Assembly (NCBI GenBank): GCA_964035545.1
Contig: OZ037772.1
Span: 2,542,001 to 2,606,000, forward strand
From: Bugula neritina
Taxonomy: Eukaryota; Animalia; Bryozoa
DNA length: 64,000 nt
Direction: 5' to 3'
The notes beneath the pieces were generated by a model. That model saw only the letters and a program-made list of their open reading frames with translations, was not told where the DNA came from and made no database searches. Shown piece after piece: positions 14,364 to 27,625 of this stretch. Each line of letters begins with the position of its first letter. Positions within the stretch are counted from its first letter, which is position 1. Position numbers and translations under genes: made by a program.

Positions 14364-15814
14364 GAGCTGAATTAAAAAAGTTTTATATATTTTACATTTC
14401 CGCTTTTATAATATCCAAATTACTTTGCCCAGTGACGCTGTTTAAAAACAAACGTCTGCTAGGCAAGCAGTAAAGTTTAACGCTAACATCATTTGCTAAT
14501 AATATTTTGCACTCGCAACACACGCACTGTGTGTGGCAGGTCACTAGCATGGAATTCTCACACTTCGCTCTTTGCGTTTGTTGAGAGTGGATAACTCCGG
14601 TTGTTTCAAAATTACATATTTCTCATAGCTTTATAAGTTACATCTGTTGATTAGGTTTGAGTATGATTTACAAGTTTTTAAAATGATCCATTTTAGGCTA
14701 TGTATGATGTATGTATGATATGTATGATTGGATGGAGTTATTGTCATGTCTTGTCACAGTTGCTTGGTATGTTAAGTCTTTGCAAACCTTATTATATATT
14801 AATAACTTAATGCCATTTGCTTATATACTTCATAGCAGCCAAAGTAAAATTTAACATGTTGATATGGTCAACACAGTTGGAACTAAGTAACTAAAATATA
14901 TGTAAAATTCCATTTCAAACTAACAATGTCTCATTTCAGGATGAATAGGTTAAATAATCAGATCTGAAAACTGCAGCTTATCAGAAATCTGTGACCAAAT
15001 TTAGTACTATAATAATTTTGATGATGAAATTTACAAGCTGAGAAATAAGTTGTGTAGTGCTGTATGGTAAAATATATTTTGCAATATTAGAGAAATGATT
15101 GGATTAAATAAATTCAAAAATGTAGCACCAACAGAATTACTAAATTAACAACGGTTTCTAAATATATAGTCACAGGGAGAGGCATAACACCCTCCCTATC
15201 TCATTCTAGAATTACTACTCACAATCTCAGGTTATGGTGGAATAATTAAAAGACAGCATAAACCCTATAGCTAAACTTCTTCAAAGTTATATGTACAAAA
15301 ATCACCATCACTGCCTTGGAAGTCTCGGATAAATTTATTTAGAGTAATCAAATCTTTCATTTACAATTAGGTTATATAAAAATCAGACTGCTGGTCTCAG
15401 CCAACTAACATCGATTGCATTCTCTGATTGGCCACTACTTATCTAATCAGGAACAGTCTTACAAATCAACCAAATGAAACTGTTGTTAGATATGAGTCTA
15501 TGAAAAGCAGACTTCTCCAAGCTGAACCCCAAACTCTTTGTGGGTGGTCCTGATGTCACCAGCAGCAATGTCAATAATAGGCAAGTGGGTGGCGGTCTTG
15601 GTGTCAATCTCAATCACTGTCGGAGCTTCTGATGGTATTTGGAATTCTACAAAATGGCAGAGGGCAAACTCAAAATTCTAAACTCGCACAGAAATCAAAG
15701 TGGCTTTTGGGTTGAACTCATTAGTAGTCGTTAAAAAGCCTCAAAGGCAAGCTATATTGTATCTTAATAGAAAAAAAGATGCAACTATCGCAATCATGTT
15801 CAAGTGCAGGTCGA

Positions 15815-16000
15815 ATTTACACTATATAAGTTATATTTACACTTTATAGGTCAGATTTACACTATATAGGTCAGATTTACACTATATAGGTCAGATTTAC
15901 ACCATATAGGTCAGATTTACACCATATAGGTCAGGTTTACAGTATATAGGTCAGATTTACAGTATATACAGGTCAGATTCACATTATATAGGTCAGATTT
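15815..16000 (+). repeat. 20-bp minisatellite (GGTCAGATTTACACTATATA)
   Basis: About 9 tandem copies in a COLFI intron; the inverted paralog at about 58915-58990 has fewer copies. Confidence 0.85.
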
Positions 16001-18724
16001 AGATACCTTGCAATCATCCTGCAGCACTGAATATTGGAACCTGCTGACTGTTACTGTGTATTCTTTATCACCAGCTGTATATAAAATGACTGACTTATTC
16101 TTCCTACCGAATGCGTCTTCTACCGCCACTGAGTTTATACATCTACAATCAGCAAAAGGAATAGTCATGCCAACAACTTGCTCAGGTTAAGAAGAAGCCA
16201 GAGATTGTTCAGATTATCAAGTGACTAGCAACATAGTAGAGGACTAGTATCTGGTAACTAGCAACATCCATACAGGAAACCAACACGTTACTATAGCGAC
16301 ACCTATCAACATAAAACTTTTGAATATTCTTGACTATTACTAAGACAGTCATAGTTGATACAAGATAAACACTTACAAGTGCTGTTCCCATGTGTTTAGC
16401 AACGAATGGCTGATTATCTAGCTGCTGGGTGACGTACGATTTGGTGGCAAACTCAGAGGTCTTGGCATTGATGCAAGTGCTCTTCATTTCCTTGCGACAG
16501 TAAGCCTGGATAGCATTAGCTGTGAAACCACCATCTGGATCCACCTGACAACAAACAATAGAGAATACAATTTCTCTAGTTCACAATATAACAAACAGTA
16601 TATAATACACAGTATAAATTGAACCATCCCTTACCTATGTTTCTAGAGAAATAAGGTGGAAGTAGTTATGTAAGCTAACAGCAATGAAACCAACATTATA
16701 TAATCTGTCAGAATGTAGCAACATTTAACTGGAGAAATGAACTAAATAGGTGACTCATCAAACAAGAATGTCACTCATCAATGCTAGGAGGAGAAACACA
16801 TTATAACAGCTGTCTATATTTTTATTACAATAGTTTCTAGCAGTTAATTATAAAATTGTTTGTCTGCAAAAACATAAACAATTTGAAACGAGTCTTTCAT
16901 TTGAGTTCCAAAACAGCATTTAAAAGATCTTTTCCACTACAAATCAGGCAACATCAAAGCACATCATGGCCATTACTCACTGAGGTACATATTATAGAGC
17001 TCATTGTTGGCGCCTGCATCATCTGCTTGTACACCTTTACCGTTGGACATCATTGCACTCATCATCATAGGGGGCGCACCTAACATAACCCATGGTAGAA
17101 TAAAATAAAAGCTTCAATCACAGGCTATGGATGAAATTCCCAAAATATTACCAATACACAGTTGGAAGAGAATGAAAAAGATACAAGTAATGGACAATAA
17201 CTTGGTTTTGCTGATAACTAACCAAATACTGGGCTTTACCAGGAGGTCCAGGACTGCCAGGACTACCCATTTCCCCATCTCTCTCTTGTTCACCCTAGAA
17301 ATACAGACTATTGGTTTATTACAACTAAACTAACAAAATGAATAACAATAACCTGCTAACAGTGTAAGTGCATGCGTGTGTGAGCGTGAGTGTAAGGGTT
17401 TACCTTAGCACCATAAGGTCCAGGTGGACCTATAGCACCCATAGCACCAGGAGAACCAGTTATTCCTTGTTTGCCATCAGCACCCAGTAGCCCGGGTGGT
17501 CCAGCAATACCAAGTGATCCGACATCTCCCCTTGCATCATAAATACCGGGAGATCTGGGAAATCCCTGAGGTCCCTGGAAACCAGTGGGTCTTACAACAG
17601 CAGCACCATTCATATTATCATGAGTTAGGAGTTGCCTTATCTTCTTACCAGGTAGGAAAACTCTTAGAGCCATGATTCTGTTGATGGCCAATAACTAAGG
17701 ACAAAGATTGGTTCAACTTAATTCATACCTTTAGGTCCTTGTTCGCCGGGAATTCACAGAAGCTCCGTGGGGTCTCTGAGGACCAGTTGGTCCGGACAAT
17801 CCAGTTGGTCCAGAAGCACCCTGTGGCCCAGCTGGCCCCTATAGTAATGAATATATTTAGGAGACACACCTTAGCTGTGAGATATTAGTGAATTATATTT
17901 TCTGTAACAATATTGTATTGTATAACATATTATATTATGGTGTATTATACTGTACTGTTATGTAATATATTACATGATGTGAGGTCACTGAAGCAACTCT
18001 AGTATTAACATGAATAAACTAAAACAAATAAACAACTACAGGATTGACTAGTGGAAAACCAGAGAACTGAAATAAATAGAAAACTGAATAAAGAATGTTC
18101 CTGCCTTATCACCGTTGTCTCCTTGAGCACCTTCAGGTCCCTGGTTACCGGGGATTCCCACTGGACCCATAGAGCCAGGAGATCTTCGAACGCCCTGCTC
18201 CCCATGTTTACCATCAGCACCCAGTACTCCAGGTAAACCGTCCCAGAAAAAATTGACAGCAAATTTTAAAAACCCAATTGGATAAAAAGTTCTAAGAAGG
18301 TGAATAGGGTAGAGTAAAGCACAAAAAATACCTTCCATCAGATCCGGGTTCTCCAGTGACCTCCTTGAGCCGGTTGGACCAGGCATACCAGTTCGTGCAG
18401 TTTCTCCTGTCTTTCCATTTCTACCATCCAGACCGGGTTCTCCAGCTTGTCCGACAGGTTCTATGAACCAAGCAGCACCAGTATGCATTACAAGTGGTCA
18501 TTTATTAATTCTGGAACACAAAATTTCTCAACATTTCTGGTATATTTCTTCGTTTTCTTGTTTTTACTCAGACAATGCATCATGTGGCAAACAGTATGGT
18601 AAAAATGATCCATGAAAACCAGTCAGAGCAACTATCATACATAGTAATCCTGTCAGTTGAAGTAACAAGCACTGCTAGGATTCAATATGATTACTTAGCC
18701 TACACCCTGCCTTAGTGCAGACTA

Positions 18725-18823
18725 ACCCCAGCATATAGCATGTCTGTGAGGGAAACCCCAGCATATAGCATAGGTGTGAGGGAAACCCCAGCATATAGCA
18801 TAAGTGTGAAGGAAACCCCAGCA
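18725..18823 (+). repeat. 30-bp minisatellite (TGTGAGGGAAACCCCAGCATATAGCAT...); sister array at about 23190-23300
   Basis: Tandem copies visible in both duplication units. Confidence 0.8.
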
Positions 18824-19167
18824 TATTATAGAATACCTAAAAAGAACAGAAATACACAAGCAAGGGTGAGTAACTCCTCATTCTTACCTGCAGGACCTTG
18901 ATCTCCTTGTTTACCCTGATAACCGATCTCAACAGGTCCAGGTACTCCGTCTCTACCTGTAAGCACCCATTGATAGCATCACAACAGATGCAACTAGTTT
19001 TCAACTTGATTTCTATGTTGCTATAATAAACAGTGTGACTGGTCACTATAGAATAGCCTACTAGAAATCTGCTCGCTAGATAAAAGTCAAATTATGGGAG
19101 AGAATAGAGACGTCATGACGCAAGGTAATTGTAAGTTCGTAGGAGGTTTAGTCCATCTAGACCACTG

Positions 19168-19458
19168 GTTAGTCTAGTCTGTCTACAGCCCTGTGTAGTT
19201 TGGTCTGTGTACACCCCTGTCTAGTTTAGTCTGTCTACACCCCTGTGTTGTTTAGTCTGTCTACACCCCTGTGTAGTTTAGTCTGTCTGCACCCCTGTGT
19301 TGTTTAGTCTGTCTACGCCCCTGTCAAGCTTAGTCTGTCTACACCCCTGTGTAGTTTAGTCTGTTTACACCCCTGTGTATTTTATTCTGTCTACACCCCT
19401 GTCTAGTTTAGTTTGTCTACACCCCTGTCTAGTTTAGTCTGTCTACACCCCTGTGTAG
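19168..19458 (+). repeat. Minisatellite of about 26 bp (CTACACCCCTGTGTAGTTTAGTCTGT)
   Basis: About 11 tandem copies. Confidence 0.9.
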
Positions 19459-20073
19459 ACCATAATCAAATAATCCAAAGCTCTCTGAAGAAACAAAAAT
19501 GCTCCGAGACAGAGTTTTCCCCTTTTTCCACGTAACAAACATAAAATAACGAAAACGAAAAAGATCCCAACATAACTTGACAGATTAAAATCAATTGAGC
19601 ATAAACATTACCTGGTTCTCCAAAAAGTCCGGTATCTCCTGGGAAACAAGGTGGTCTTCTTTCTCCTGCATCTCCAGGATTGCCGGATATACCAGGCAGG
19701 CCATCAACATCGGGTGAACCCTTCCTCTCCATCAGTTCTGTAAGATCCCGGGTGTCTTTTGGGACCCATTCTCCCTTTCTGTTCACTGCAAAACAAGATT
19801 AACCTATAATACAAGCAGGCATGGCCCTGCAGAACAGAACAGAGTAGCCAATCACATCACTACTCTGATACTGTCAAGCCAATCACATCGCTGCACTGAT
19901 ATTGTAAAGCCAGTCAATACTCTCATAACAATATTCAGGCAATAATAAACTGTACAATGCCAAACAACAATTTATTTTAAACTTATTACTGAATTAAAGT
20001 TTACTTCTAGTAAAAACATGGTGGAGAATACATCTAGACCTTGAACAATAAAAGTATGAGTTCCATAATAAAC

Positions 20074-20417
20074 CAGGGTTGGAGTCAATTACATACAATT
20101 TCACTTCTAGGGTCCAACTAACAGGGGCAATTTTGACAGGGGGGAACCTCCTTTGTTCTCAACACTGATACTATACTACATTGACTTAATCTAAACTTGT
20201 TATTTAACAGTAGGCATGTTAAAAAAGAATGAATTTCTTAAGATTTAAAAGGTTGAAGTAATTGAGATGTAATTGTAAAGTTATTGTAAAAATCAATTAC
20301 ATTAGATATGTAATTAATTACAATTACAATTACATTTTTATACATCAATCACAAATTACATTCAATTACTTGAAAAAATGTAATTAAATACAACCAATTA
20401 CAATTACCCCAACCCTG
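20074..20417. mobile_element. hAT-like MITE rich in CAATTA; partial copies at about 23330-23484 and 57815-58245
   Basis: TIR CAGGGTTGG / CCAACCCTG; 8-bp flanks TAATAAAC / TAATGAAC. Confidence 0.7.
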
Positions 20418-23295
20418 TAATGAACTGTGAAACACCTGGACGGGGCTAACTGATAATACAGGGCAAGGAACTCAAGCGATATTTCCAAATATTTCAGAGG
20501 AGACAACTCCCACACAAGCAGTGAGCCCCACAAAGATACTATTCACCAACCTCGGTTCTTGCAGGTCAGGATAACCAGGAGCACCGACTGGTCCGAGGAA
20601 TCTCTAGAGCCCAGTCGACCGGCTCTCTCCTATTGGACATTGAGGTCCGGGTTTTCCAGCGTCTCCTACAGCACAGGGCAATCCCGTTTCCCCTCGTCTC
20701 CTCTGAAGCCCTGCAGAACAGAACAGAGTAGCCAATCACATCGCTGCACTGATATTGTCAAGCCAGTCAATACTCTCATAACAATATTCAAGCAATAATA
20801 AATAGCAAAATATGAAAAAATAACTTATTTTAAACCTATTACTGAATTAAAGTTTACTTCTAGTAAAAACATAGTGAAGAATACATCTAGACCTTGAACA
20901 ATAAAAGTATGAGTTTCAGAATAGTTTGTGAAATACCTGTAAACCAGAAGCTCCATTTTCTCCGTCTCGTCCGCTGGGTCCCTGTGGTCCAATTAAACCA
21001 GGTTCTCCTACAAACCGGAACTTCACACTGACACCCATATAAATAAATAACATGTGGCAGACATAGTCTAGGGGTTTTCGAGGGTTTGCCTAGTAAACAC
21101 GAAATAATAGGTTCGAGCCACGAAAAAAGCTATGGGCGATGTTAGGAAAAACATCCAGTCAGTAAATAATATCTATACTTATACAGGCTACTGTCAGAGT
21201 AGACCTGATGTGTAATAGAAAGTTTGCTCAATAGATATTATATCATGAACAAAGAGATAGTTTACTACTAAATACAGTCATGAAGAAATATACAGCTATA
21301 AGGTCATAGAAATGCATACATTCATCAACTGTTATTCACATTGCTGTTATATAATATGGTCACAAAACGCATACAGCTACATGCATCATAGAAACAGTTT
21401 GTCATAAAATATGTTCATACCATATATGGTCACGGATATATATCAATATTATTTCAATAGTTCACTGGCAGCTTTTGCCAAGTGTCTGCATGTGTCTGAG
21501 CTGTAGGCAGCGTGTCTGCAAAGGCTCTGGATGTAACGTTGGACATCATTGCACTCATCATCATAGGGGGCGCACCTAACATAACCCATGGTAGAATAAA
21601 ATAAAGCTTTAATCACAGGCTATGGATGAAATTCCCAAAATATTACCACTACACAGTTGAAAGAGAATGAAAAAGATACAAGTAATGGACAATAACTTGG
21701 TTTTGCTAATAACTAACCAGATACTGGGGCTTCACCAGGAAGTCCAGGAGGTCCAGGTCTGCCAGGACTACCCATTTCCCCATCTCTCCCTTGTTCACCC
21801 TAGAAATACAGACTATTGGTTTATTACCACTAAACTAACAAGATGAGTAACAATAACCTGTTAGCAGTGTAAGTGTTTACCTTAGCACCATCAGGTACAG
21901 GTGGTCCCATAGCACCCATAGCACCAGGAGAACCAGTTATTCCTTGTTTGCCGTCTGCACCCCGTAGCCTGGGTGGTCCAGCAATGCCAACTGATCCAAC
22001 ATCTCCCCTTTCACCATCAATACCGGGAGCTCCGGGGAATCCCTGAGGTCCCTGGAAACCAGTGGGTCTTACAGATGATATTCATATTATCATGAGTTAG
22101 GAGTTGCCTTACCTTCTTACCAAGTAGGATAACTCTTAGAGTCAAGATTCTGTTGATGGCTAATAACTAAGGACAAAGATTGGTTCAACTTCATTCATAC
22201 CTTTAGGTCCTTGTTCGCCGGGAATTCCCAGAAGCTCCGTGGGGTCCCTGAGGACCAGTTGGCCCGGACAATCCAGTTGGTCCAGAAGCACCCTGTGGCC
22301 CAGCTGGCCCCTATAGTAATGAATATATTTAGGAGACACACCTTAGCTGTGAGATATTAGTGAATTATATTTTCTGTAACAATATTGTATTGTATAACAT
22401 ATTATATTATGGTGTATTATACTGCACTGTTATGTAATATATTACATGATGTGATGTCACTGAACCAACTCTAGTATTAACATAAATAAACTAAAACAAA
22501 TAAACAACTAAAGGATTGACTAGTGGAAAACCAGAGAACTGAAATAAATAGAAAACTGAATAAAGAATGTTCCTGCCTTATCAACCTTGAGCACCTTCAG
22601 GTCCCTGGTTACCGGGGATTCCGACTGAACCCATGGGGCCAGGAGGTCCTTGATCACCCTGCTCCCCAGGTCTACCATCAGCACCCGGTACTCCAGGTAA
22701 ACCGTCTCTGAGAAAATTGACAACAAATTATAAAAACAAAAGAGATAAAAAGTTCCAAGAAGCTGAATAGGGCAAAGTGAAACACAAATATTACCTTCCA
22801 TCAGATCCGGGTTCTCCTGTGAATCCCCTTGAGCCAGTTGGACCAGGCATACCAGTTTGTCCAGTTTCTCCTGTCTTTCCATTTCTGCCATGCAGACCAG
22901 GTTCTCCAGCTTGTCCGGCTTGTCCTATGAGCCAAGCAGCACCAGTATGCACTACAAGTGGTCATTTATTAATTCTGGAACACAAAATTTCTCAACATTT
23001 CTGGTATATTTCTTTGTTTCCTTGTTTTTACTCCGACAATGCATCATGTGGTAAACAGTATGGTAAAAATGATCCATGGAAACCAGTCAGAGTAACTATC
23101 ATACATAGTAATCCTGTCAGTTGAAGTAACAAGCACTCCTGGGATTCAATATGATTACTTAGCCTACACCCTGTCTCAGTGCAGACTAGCTGTGAGGGAA
23201 ACCCAGAATATAGGATATCTGTGAGGGAAACCCCAGCATATAGAATAGCTGTGAGGGGAATTCCAGCATATAGCATATCTGTGAGGGGAATCCCA

Positions 23296-23330
<35 letters not shown>

Positions 23331-24936
23331 AAAGTAATTGTTAAAATCAATTACATTAGATAAGTAATTAATTACAATTACAATTACATTTTCATACATC
23401 AATCACAAATTACATTCAATTACTTGAAAAAATGTAATTAAATACAACCAATTACAATTACAAATTACAATTACCCCAACCCTGTAATAAACTGTGAAAC
23501 ACCTAGGCGTGGCTAACTGAGAATACAGGGCAAGGAACTCAAGCTACACTTCCAAATATTTCAGAGGAGACAACTCCCACACAAGCAGTGAGCCACACAA
23601 AGATACTATTCACCAACCTCGGTTCTTGCAGGTCAGGATAACCAGGAGCACCGACTGGTCCGAAGAATCTCTTGAGCCCAGTCGACCGGCTCTCTCCCAT
23701 TGGACATTGAGGTCCGAGTTTTCCAGCATCCCCTACAGCACAGGGCAATCCCGTTTCCCCTCGTCTCCTCTGAAGCCCTGCAGAACAGAACAGAGTAGCC
23801 AATCCCATCGCTGCACTGATATTGTAAAACTAATCAATATTCTTATTACAATATTCAGGCAATAATAAACTGTACAATGCGAAACAACAATTTATTTAAA
23901 CTTATTACTGAATTAAAGTTTACTTCTAGTAAAAATATGGTGGAGAATACATAGACAATGAACCATAGAAGTATGAGTTTCAGAATAGTTTGTGAAATAC
24001 CTGTAAACCAGGAGCTCCATCTTCTCCATCTCATCCACTGGGTCCCTGTGGTCCAATTAAACCAGGTTCTCCTACAAACCGGAACTTCACACTGACACCC
24101 ATATAAATATATAATATACAACAGACATGGTCTAGGGGTTCAAGGGTTTGCCTAGTAAACACGAAATAATAGGTTCGAGCCACGAAAAAGGCTATGGGCG
24201 ATGTTAGGAAAAACATCCAGTCAGTAAATGATATCTATATGTATACAGGCTACTGTCAGAGTAGACCTGATGTGTAATAGAAAGTTTGCTTAATAGATAT
24301 TATATCATGAACAAAGAGATAGTTTACTACTAAATACAGTCATGAAGAAATATACAGCTATATGGTCATAGAAATGCATACATTCATCATTTGTTATTCA
24401 CATTGCTGTTATATAATATGATCATAAAAACGCATACAGATACATGCATCATAGAAACAGTTTGTCATAAAAAATGTTCATACCATATATGGTCACGGAT
24501 ATACATATTGCCAAATATGTACATGCACAAGGACATTCGCTACCATATATGGCCACAGAGATAAATACTCCCATATTTGGACATACAATTGCATACTTCC
24601 ATATATTATGGTCGTGCAATTAGCTGCTAGGATAGAGACATGTACGCAGTATCTAACCTGGTTAGATGCACACTCAGAGTCACTTTTACACGTCAGTGTG
24701 CACACCTCGTTAACACAGATCTGATTGGGTAGACATTCTTGATGAGTCTTACACATAAGTAGAGTGAGTCCATCCGATGGAACAATACTTTGTAGAGTAA
24801 ACTCTGCAGATGGACTGTAAACACATTGTAGAAAGATATCATATACCAGTATATGCTAAATCAAAAGACATTCTGGGTCTCAGTTGGTAGCTTCGCTATA
24901 TAATGTGATCGATATATACCTATCTGTTTACCTGCC

Positions 24937-25088
24937 TGTCAGTCAGTCAGTCAGTCAGTCAGTCAGTCAGTCAGTCAGTCAGTCAGTCAGTCAGTCAGTC
25001 AGTCAGTCAGTCAGTCAGTCAGTCAGTCAGTCAGTCAGTCAGTCAGTCTGTCAGTTTGTCAGTCAATCAGCCAGTCAGCCAGTCAGTC

Positions 25089-25120
<32 letters not shown>

Positions 25121-25191
25121 AGTCAGTCAGTCAGTCAGTCAGTCAGTCAGCCAGCCAGTCAGTCAGTCAGTCAGTCAGTCAGTCAGTCAGT
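24937..25191 (+). repeat. (AGTC)n microsatellite
   Basis: Directly visible. Confidence 0.97.
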
Positions 25192-26339
25192 TCATCTGTC
25201 ACTCTGCTTGTCTGTAGATACACACTTACTAGTCATGTCGGGTACACAAGCTTGGTTGTAGTAGTGAGTACCCCCTGTACACCAACAACCTCCTTCCTCT
25301 CCACCACTGATGGTAATACACTCGGAACTTGGATGTCACATGCTCACTCTGAGTTCTACAGAGCAATGTCTAAAAGAGCATTATTTAACTTTCCAGAATG
25401 ATTTCATTGGGCTGCACTGCTACATCATGTACATTTCTGATAAACATAATATCTCTATGTTATACCAATTCAGTGATTCTACTGTGTTCCTGTATTATAC
25501 AAACTGATGAGAGTCAGAAAGCACTTATACACTAAAAACCCACATTTTTTTCAGCACACTAGGTAGTTGATAAGCATACTTCAAGGAATATTCTTTTTGC
25601 TACACGCCCACTAATAAACTGTACGCTGTGAGAAGACAACTCACTAAGGTGGCAGGTGGACCCTGGAATCCCTTGACATTGAACCTCAGAGTTACGGAAC
25701 TTGTAACACTGCTAAAAGTCACCGCCCGCATCTGTGTTTGGGACTCTCAGTCAGACGTATTCCACTCCATAGATAAACATGTTAGCATGGCATTGGACAG
25801 AAAATCCCAGTGGTTGACAAAAACTTTTCAAAATAAATATCTATAATCAGTACAAAAATAAAATTAAAAATAGAAAATTAAACCTCTTTCACCTCCAATA
25901 TCGCATGTCTTATATAACTTTGTAGCCTGTAGCTTGTAACTTTGTATTCTAGAAGAATGCATTGAGAGTGTTTTGTATAAACTAAATCAACTGTTTCCAG
26001 GAAACTGAAAATTCACCTCTCTGCACTTATGAGGGGGTAAAACAAACCACTTCCCAGCAAATAAAACTCTACACTCGTTTACAATCAGCTTCAAGTTGAT
26101 GACTTTCAAACTCCGCTGTCACATTGATCGTTACTCTCAAGGCTGTCCCGGCCAAAACCTGCTCTGTCTCCAAGACTGGCACAAAATCAGCTCCCTCAGC
26201 CCGCTCTATAATCAGCTTCTTGAGAACTGGCTCTCTCCACCCCAGGTACTCACTTTTTACTAAAGCAGATTATCAATATAAATAGAGTTTCAGTTAGTTA
26301 AAGTCTTCTTCTGTCAATATTTGTAATTAGACAGGTAAT

Positions 26340-26468
26340 GAGACCAATCAGTGGTTGTGTGAGATTCACGAGAACCAATCAGAGGTTGTGTGAGATTCAC
26401 AAGAACCAATCAGAGGTTGTGTGAAATTCACAAGAACCAATCAGAGGTTGTGTGAGACTCATGAGAAC
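26340..26468 (+). repeat. Minisatellite of about 31 bp (AGAACCAATCAGAGGTTGTGTGAGATTCACA) x4
   Basis: Directly visible. Confidence 0.85.
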
Positions 26469-27339
26469 GTGGTACTTTTTTATTCTATGACTTCATATCT
26501 AATGCAATAAACTATGAATGCTGTAGGCTATAATGTAGAGGTTTAAAGAAATAGCCAAGCAATGTTGTGCAATGTAAAGAATGTAGAGAAATAGACAGCA
26601 AAGGCATTATTGTAAACTAGGCTGACCAGTAATTTTAATCATCACTGATGTAACCTCATTATACCAATAATCTAACATGACACATGGATGACACTATCAA
26701 TATTATTTCACTAGTGAATCAGTTCACTGGCAGCTATTGCCAAGTGTCTGCATGTGTCTGAGCTGTAGGCAGCGTGTCTGCAAAGGCTCTGGATGTAACG
26801 TAGCCTGGAAGAAATCTAACATAAATTTTAGTATAGTATAAGCTTTATACCATCATGGCTTATTTATTTATGTTTCAAAATCTGACAGCATCAACTATCC
26901 AGTCTACTGATGTAAGATTTAACCTTTCATTTTTATGACACACAAAAATCTCATATATTGAAGCTACAAGACATCTCATATATTAAAGCTATTCATTTTT
27001 CCACCACCTAATATTTATCAAGGTCAAAATACCGACAGCGAAAGCTGCCAAAAACTCACATTATCCTGTAAACACTGAAAGTTGAAAAGGAATTTGCAGC
27101 TGCAATTGAATTTAGAAACCTGATGTGACCTTAAAATAGACTTAGTACCTGTCCGTCATTGGCCGCCATGCTAGGGTGTATCTTGGAGCAGTACCTCCCC
27201 TGATAGAGCAACATACTCGGGTCATCATTCTCTCCGTAGGTAGATCTGATGGCAACACACTTCTGGTAGTCACCAGCCCAGTTGAGTATTCCAGTGGAAA
27301 ATCCGGTCGGTGGATTTCCCCAAGCATCCAACACTTCAA

Positions 27340-27625
27340 TAGAATATGGTGTAAGAATAAGGTAGAATATAGTGTAAGAAAGAGGTGAAATAATATAAAA
27401 TATAGTGCAAGAATAAGGTAAAATAATGTAGAATATGATGCAAGAATAAGGTAGAATAATGTAGAATATGATGCAAGAATAAGGTAGAATAATGTAGAAT
27501 ATGGTGCAAGAATAAGGTGAAATAAGGTAGAATGTGGTGTAAGAGTAGGTAAGAAATAAGAATGTAATGTAATGTAAAAATTGGTGTGCAAGAATAAGGT
27601 AAAATAGTGTAGAATATGGTGAAAG
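27340..27625 (+). repeat. 33-bp minisatellite (GTAGAATATGATGCAAGAATAAGGTAGAATAAT)
   Basis: Degenerate tandem copies in the NRF intron. Confidence 0.8.

Larger units (their letters stand above)
15498..26260 (-). pseudogene. Decayed, internally duplicated short collagen gene: Cys-rich N-terminal exons, Gly-X-Y exons, COLFI (fibrillar collagen C-propeptide-like) domain
   Basis: Many small Gly-X-Y exons between 17.0 and 24.1 kb. DPDGGFTANAIQAYC (16544) and LPIIDIAAGDIRTTHKEFGVQLGEVCFS* (to 15498) match COLFI motifs. Cys-rich exons lie at about 24658-24814 and 25230-25360. Broken Gly periodicity, phase mismatches and stops indicate decay. Confidence 0.75.
17041..26800. repeat. Tandem segmental duplication: copy 1 about 17041-21537, copy 2 about 21538-26800
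   Basis: Long near-identical blocks, e.g. 17041-18720 vs 21538-23190 and 20270-21440 vs 23330-24500; junction at about 21537. Confidence 0.9.

Noticed and set aside
19168-19458. Regular short repeats resembling a CRISPR array (also 26340-26468, 57243-57690)
   Set aside because: Head-to-tail units with no unique spacers, no cas genes, eukaryotic context.
24884-25261. SQSV-repeat ORF
   Set aside because: Translation of the (AGTC)n microsatellite.
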